Below the pieces are notes generated by a model. That model was not told the origin of the DNA and searched no databases. It saw only the letters and a list, made by a program, of their open reading frames with translations. Position numbers and translations under genes: made by a program. From Syntrophorhabdaceae bacterium (GTDB lineage Bacteria > Desulfobacterota > Syntrophorhabdia > Syntrophorhabdales > Syntrophorhabdaceae), in contig OY762209.1 in assembly GCA_963665295.1 (NCBI GenBank), positions 2,944,001 through 3,008,000 on the forward strand: 64,000 nucleotides of DNA, in the 5' to 3' direction. Shown piece after piece: positions 62,225 to 64,000 of this stretch; position 1 is the stretch's first letter, and every line of letters starts with the position of its first letter.

Positions 62225-62353
62225 GCGGGCCTGCCTCCTTATGTGTCCCGCTTGTAGAGCCTGTTGCGCCATTCCATCGTCCCGGTAGGTTCGGGAGTCA
62301 TTGAAGGGTTTCGGTCTTCAGGAGGTCGGCGCAACAGGTCTCAAGATCATAGG

Positions 62354-63664
62354 TTAATTTCCTGCTCCCATAAACAGGTTAGGCAGCCATGTGGCTATCT
62401 GCGGGAAGATGAAGAGAAGCAGGGCCGCGGCCGTGAGGCTCAGGAGAAACGGAAGCACACCCTTGTAGATCGTATTAAAGGGTACCCCGGTAATGTTTCT
62501 CACGATAAAAACGCATATGGCCACGGGCGGGATGATGACGCCGATCATAATGGTAATGCCCACCATGACGCCGAACCAGACAGGGTCGTATCCGAGTTTG
62601 ATAACCGCCGGATAGAATATGGGAGTAGCGAGTATCATGAAGGCGAGATCATCGATAAATGACCCTCCGATGAGATAGACCAGGATTATGAGGACCATGA
62701 TGAGAAATCGGGGGATAGGCAGACCGGTAACCCAGTCGGCGGTGATCATGGGGATCTCGGTAATGGCGAGAAAATGGCCGAGAACGGAGGAACCGGCGAT
62801 GAGCATGAGGGTCATAACCGCGGTCCTGAGTGATTCATCCCATGATTTCACGAGCATCTTGAAGTTCACTTCCTTCCGGACGGCGGCAAGTACCATGACT
62901 GCCACGGTTCCGATGCTGCCTGCCTCGGTGGGACTGAAGACTCCCATCATGAGTCCGCCGATGACCACCAGAAAAATCAGAAAAACTACCACGAATTCCG
63001 GCAATACCCGGACCCGCTCCGCCCATGACGCCTTCGGAGTCCTCGGCGCAATGGCCGGATTAATGGATACCCAACCATAGATCACGCACATGAAGAGGAA
63101 CGAGATGAGTATGCCGGGGATGATTCCCGCGAGGAAAAGCCTCCCGATCGACTGTTCGACCACTATCCCGTAGATAATGAGCACCAGGCTGGGAGGAATG
63201 AGCATCCCGATGGTACCCACGGAGGCGACAACGCCGGTGGACAGTTCTTTCTTATATCCGAAGCGGTCCATCTCGGGAATTGCGATGCCTGAAAAGGTGG
63301 CGACTGTCGCGAGGGTGGAGCCGCACATGGCCTTGAAGATTGTTGCGCCCGCCACGGTCGTCATGGCGAGCCCTCCCGGCACATGACCGACCCACTTATG
63401 AGACGCACTGTAGAGCCTTTTTGCAATGCTTGAATTGGACGCGATCTGGCCCATCAATACGAACAGAGGTATGACGGTGAAGCCGTACGTGGTGAAGGTG
63501 TCGAAGAAATCCTTGACGAGGAGGTTACATGCAGAGGAGAAGGAGACGAGGTACAGGAAACCTACGAATCCCACGATGGTCATGCAGAAAGCCAGCTCGA
63601 TCCCCGTCAGAAAAAGGACCAGAAGAATCAGGAGGGCGACTATACCTACGGCGACTTCACTCAT
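62354..63664 (-). CDS. dctM: TRAP transporter large permease
   Basis: IPLFVLMG, GGLA, GMLIPPS, SPTEAG, DPVWFG and PPV motifs. Confidence 0.92.
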   Translation of the reverse strand: MSEVAVGIVALLILLVLFLTGIELAFCMTIVGFVGFLYLVSFSSACNLLVKDFFDTFTTYGFTVIPLFVLMGQIASNSSIAKRLYSASHKWVGHVPGGLAMTTVAGATIFKAMCGSTLATVATFSGIAIPEMDRFGYKKELSTGVVASVGTIGMLIPPSLVLIIYGIVVEQSIGRLFLAGIIPGILISFLFMCVIYGWVSINPAIAPRTPKASWAERVRVLPEFVVVFLIFLVVIGGLMMGVFSPTEAGSIGTVAVMVLAAVRKEVNFKMLVKSWDESLRTAVMTLMLIAGSSVLGHFLAITEIPMITADWVTGLPIPRFLIMVLIILVYLIGGSFIDDLAFMILATPIFYPAVIKLGYDPVWFGVMVGITIMIGVIIPPVAICVFIVRNITGVPFNTIYKGVLPFLLSLTAAALLLFIFPQIATWLPNLFMGAGN

Positions 63665-64000
63665 TTGGTTTCTCCTTTGATCGTTCTTATGAGATCGCAC
63701 AGCAGGGTGATACTTTCCAGGAAACAACTCAAGGCGAGACCATACGCTATAGGGTAATAGGGGAGCCGGAAGCTCGCGCTTACTTCCCCCGTGCGCCTGA
63801 GATCCAGGGCGTACAATACAAAATTGTATCCGATGAACACGAACAGGGAGATGCCCATGCACCGCGTCACGGCCTGCATGACCTTTTTGTGGAAGACGCT
63901 CAGCTTATCCACCAGCATGTCAACGTATACGTGGGCTTTCTTCCAGGAGGTGTAAGGGATCGCAAATCCTATCACTACGGAGCCGCAGAACGAAACGATC
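63661..64000 (-). CDS. dctQ: TRAP transporter small permease (5' partial)
   Basis: HVYVDML motif and TM helices; ATGA overlap with dctM; runs off the window end. Confidence 0.85.
   Translation of the reverse strand, partial: IVSFCGSVVIGFAIPYTSWKKAHVYVDMLVDKLSVFHKKVMQAVTRCMGISLFVFIGYNFVLYALDLRRTGEVSASFRLPYYPIAYGLALSCFLESITLLCDLIRTIKGETK

Overview
This is a 64 kb, gene-dense, GC-rich bacterial chromosomal segment. The gene content (EpmA, TRAP transporter, CheV, Cache and PAS signalling, HU plus tRNA-Met) suggests an anaerobic Desulfobacterota/deltaproteobacterium, possibly Syntrophorhabdus-like; that assignment is inference only. Most of the window is housekeeping and metabolism: peptidoglycan recycling, glgP, class I aldolase, trxB, eno, rhlE, and an sdh-Rieske-cytochrome b operon. 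The standout locus is an intact, self-contained type I-C Cascade operon (cas5c-cas8c/cas11c-cas7c). It has its own sigma70-like promoter and no cas3, cas4, cas1 or cas2 nearby. It is followed directly by a leaderless, degenerate 3-repeat/2-spacer mini-array whose repeats keep exactly the parts needed for crRNA maturation, making it a candidate nuclease-free, RNA-guided DNA-binding or regulatory system. Other notable items: an apparently catalytically dead Type IIG restriction-modification homolog; a succinate dehydrogenase and Rieske/cytochrome b operon without cytochrome c1; a TonB receptor-YfiR-kinase operon hit by both an IS insertion (17-bp TIRs, TAATTA duplication) and a G7 frameshift; two genes that appear to start at non-canonical ATC/ATA codons; and several unusual domain fusions. 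All family calls come from motif recognition by eye; no searches were run.
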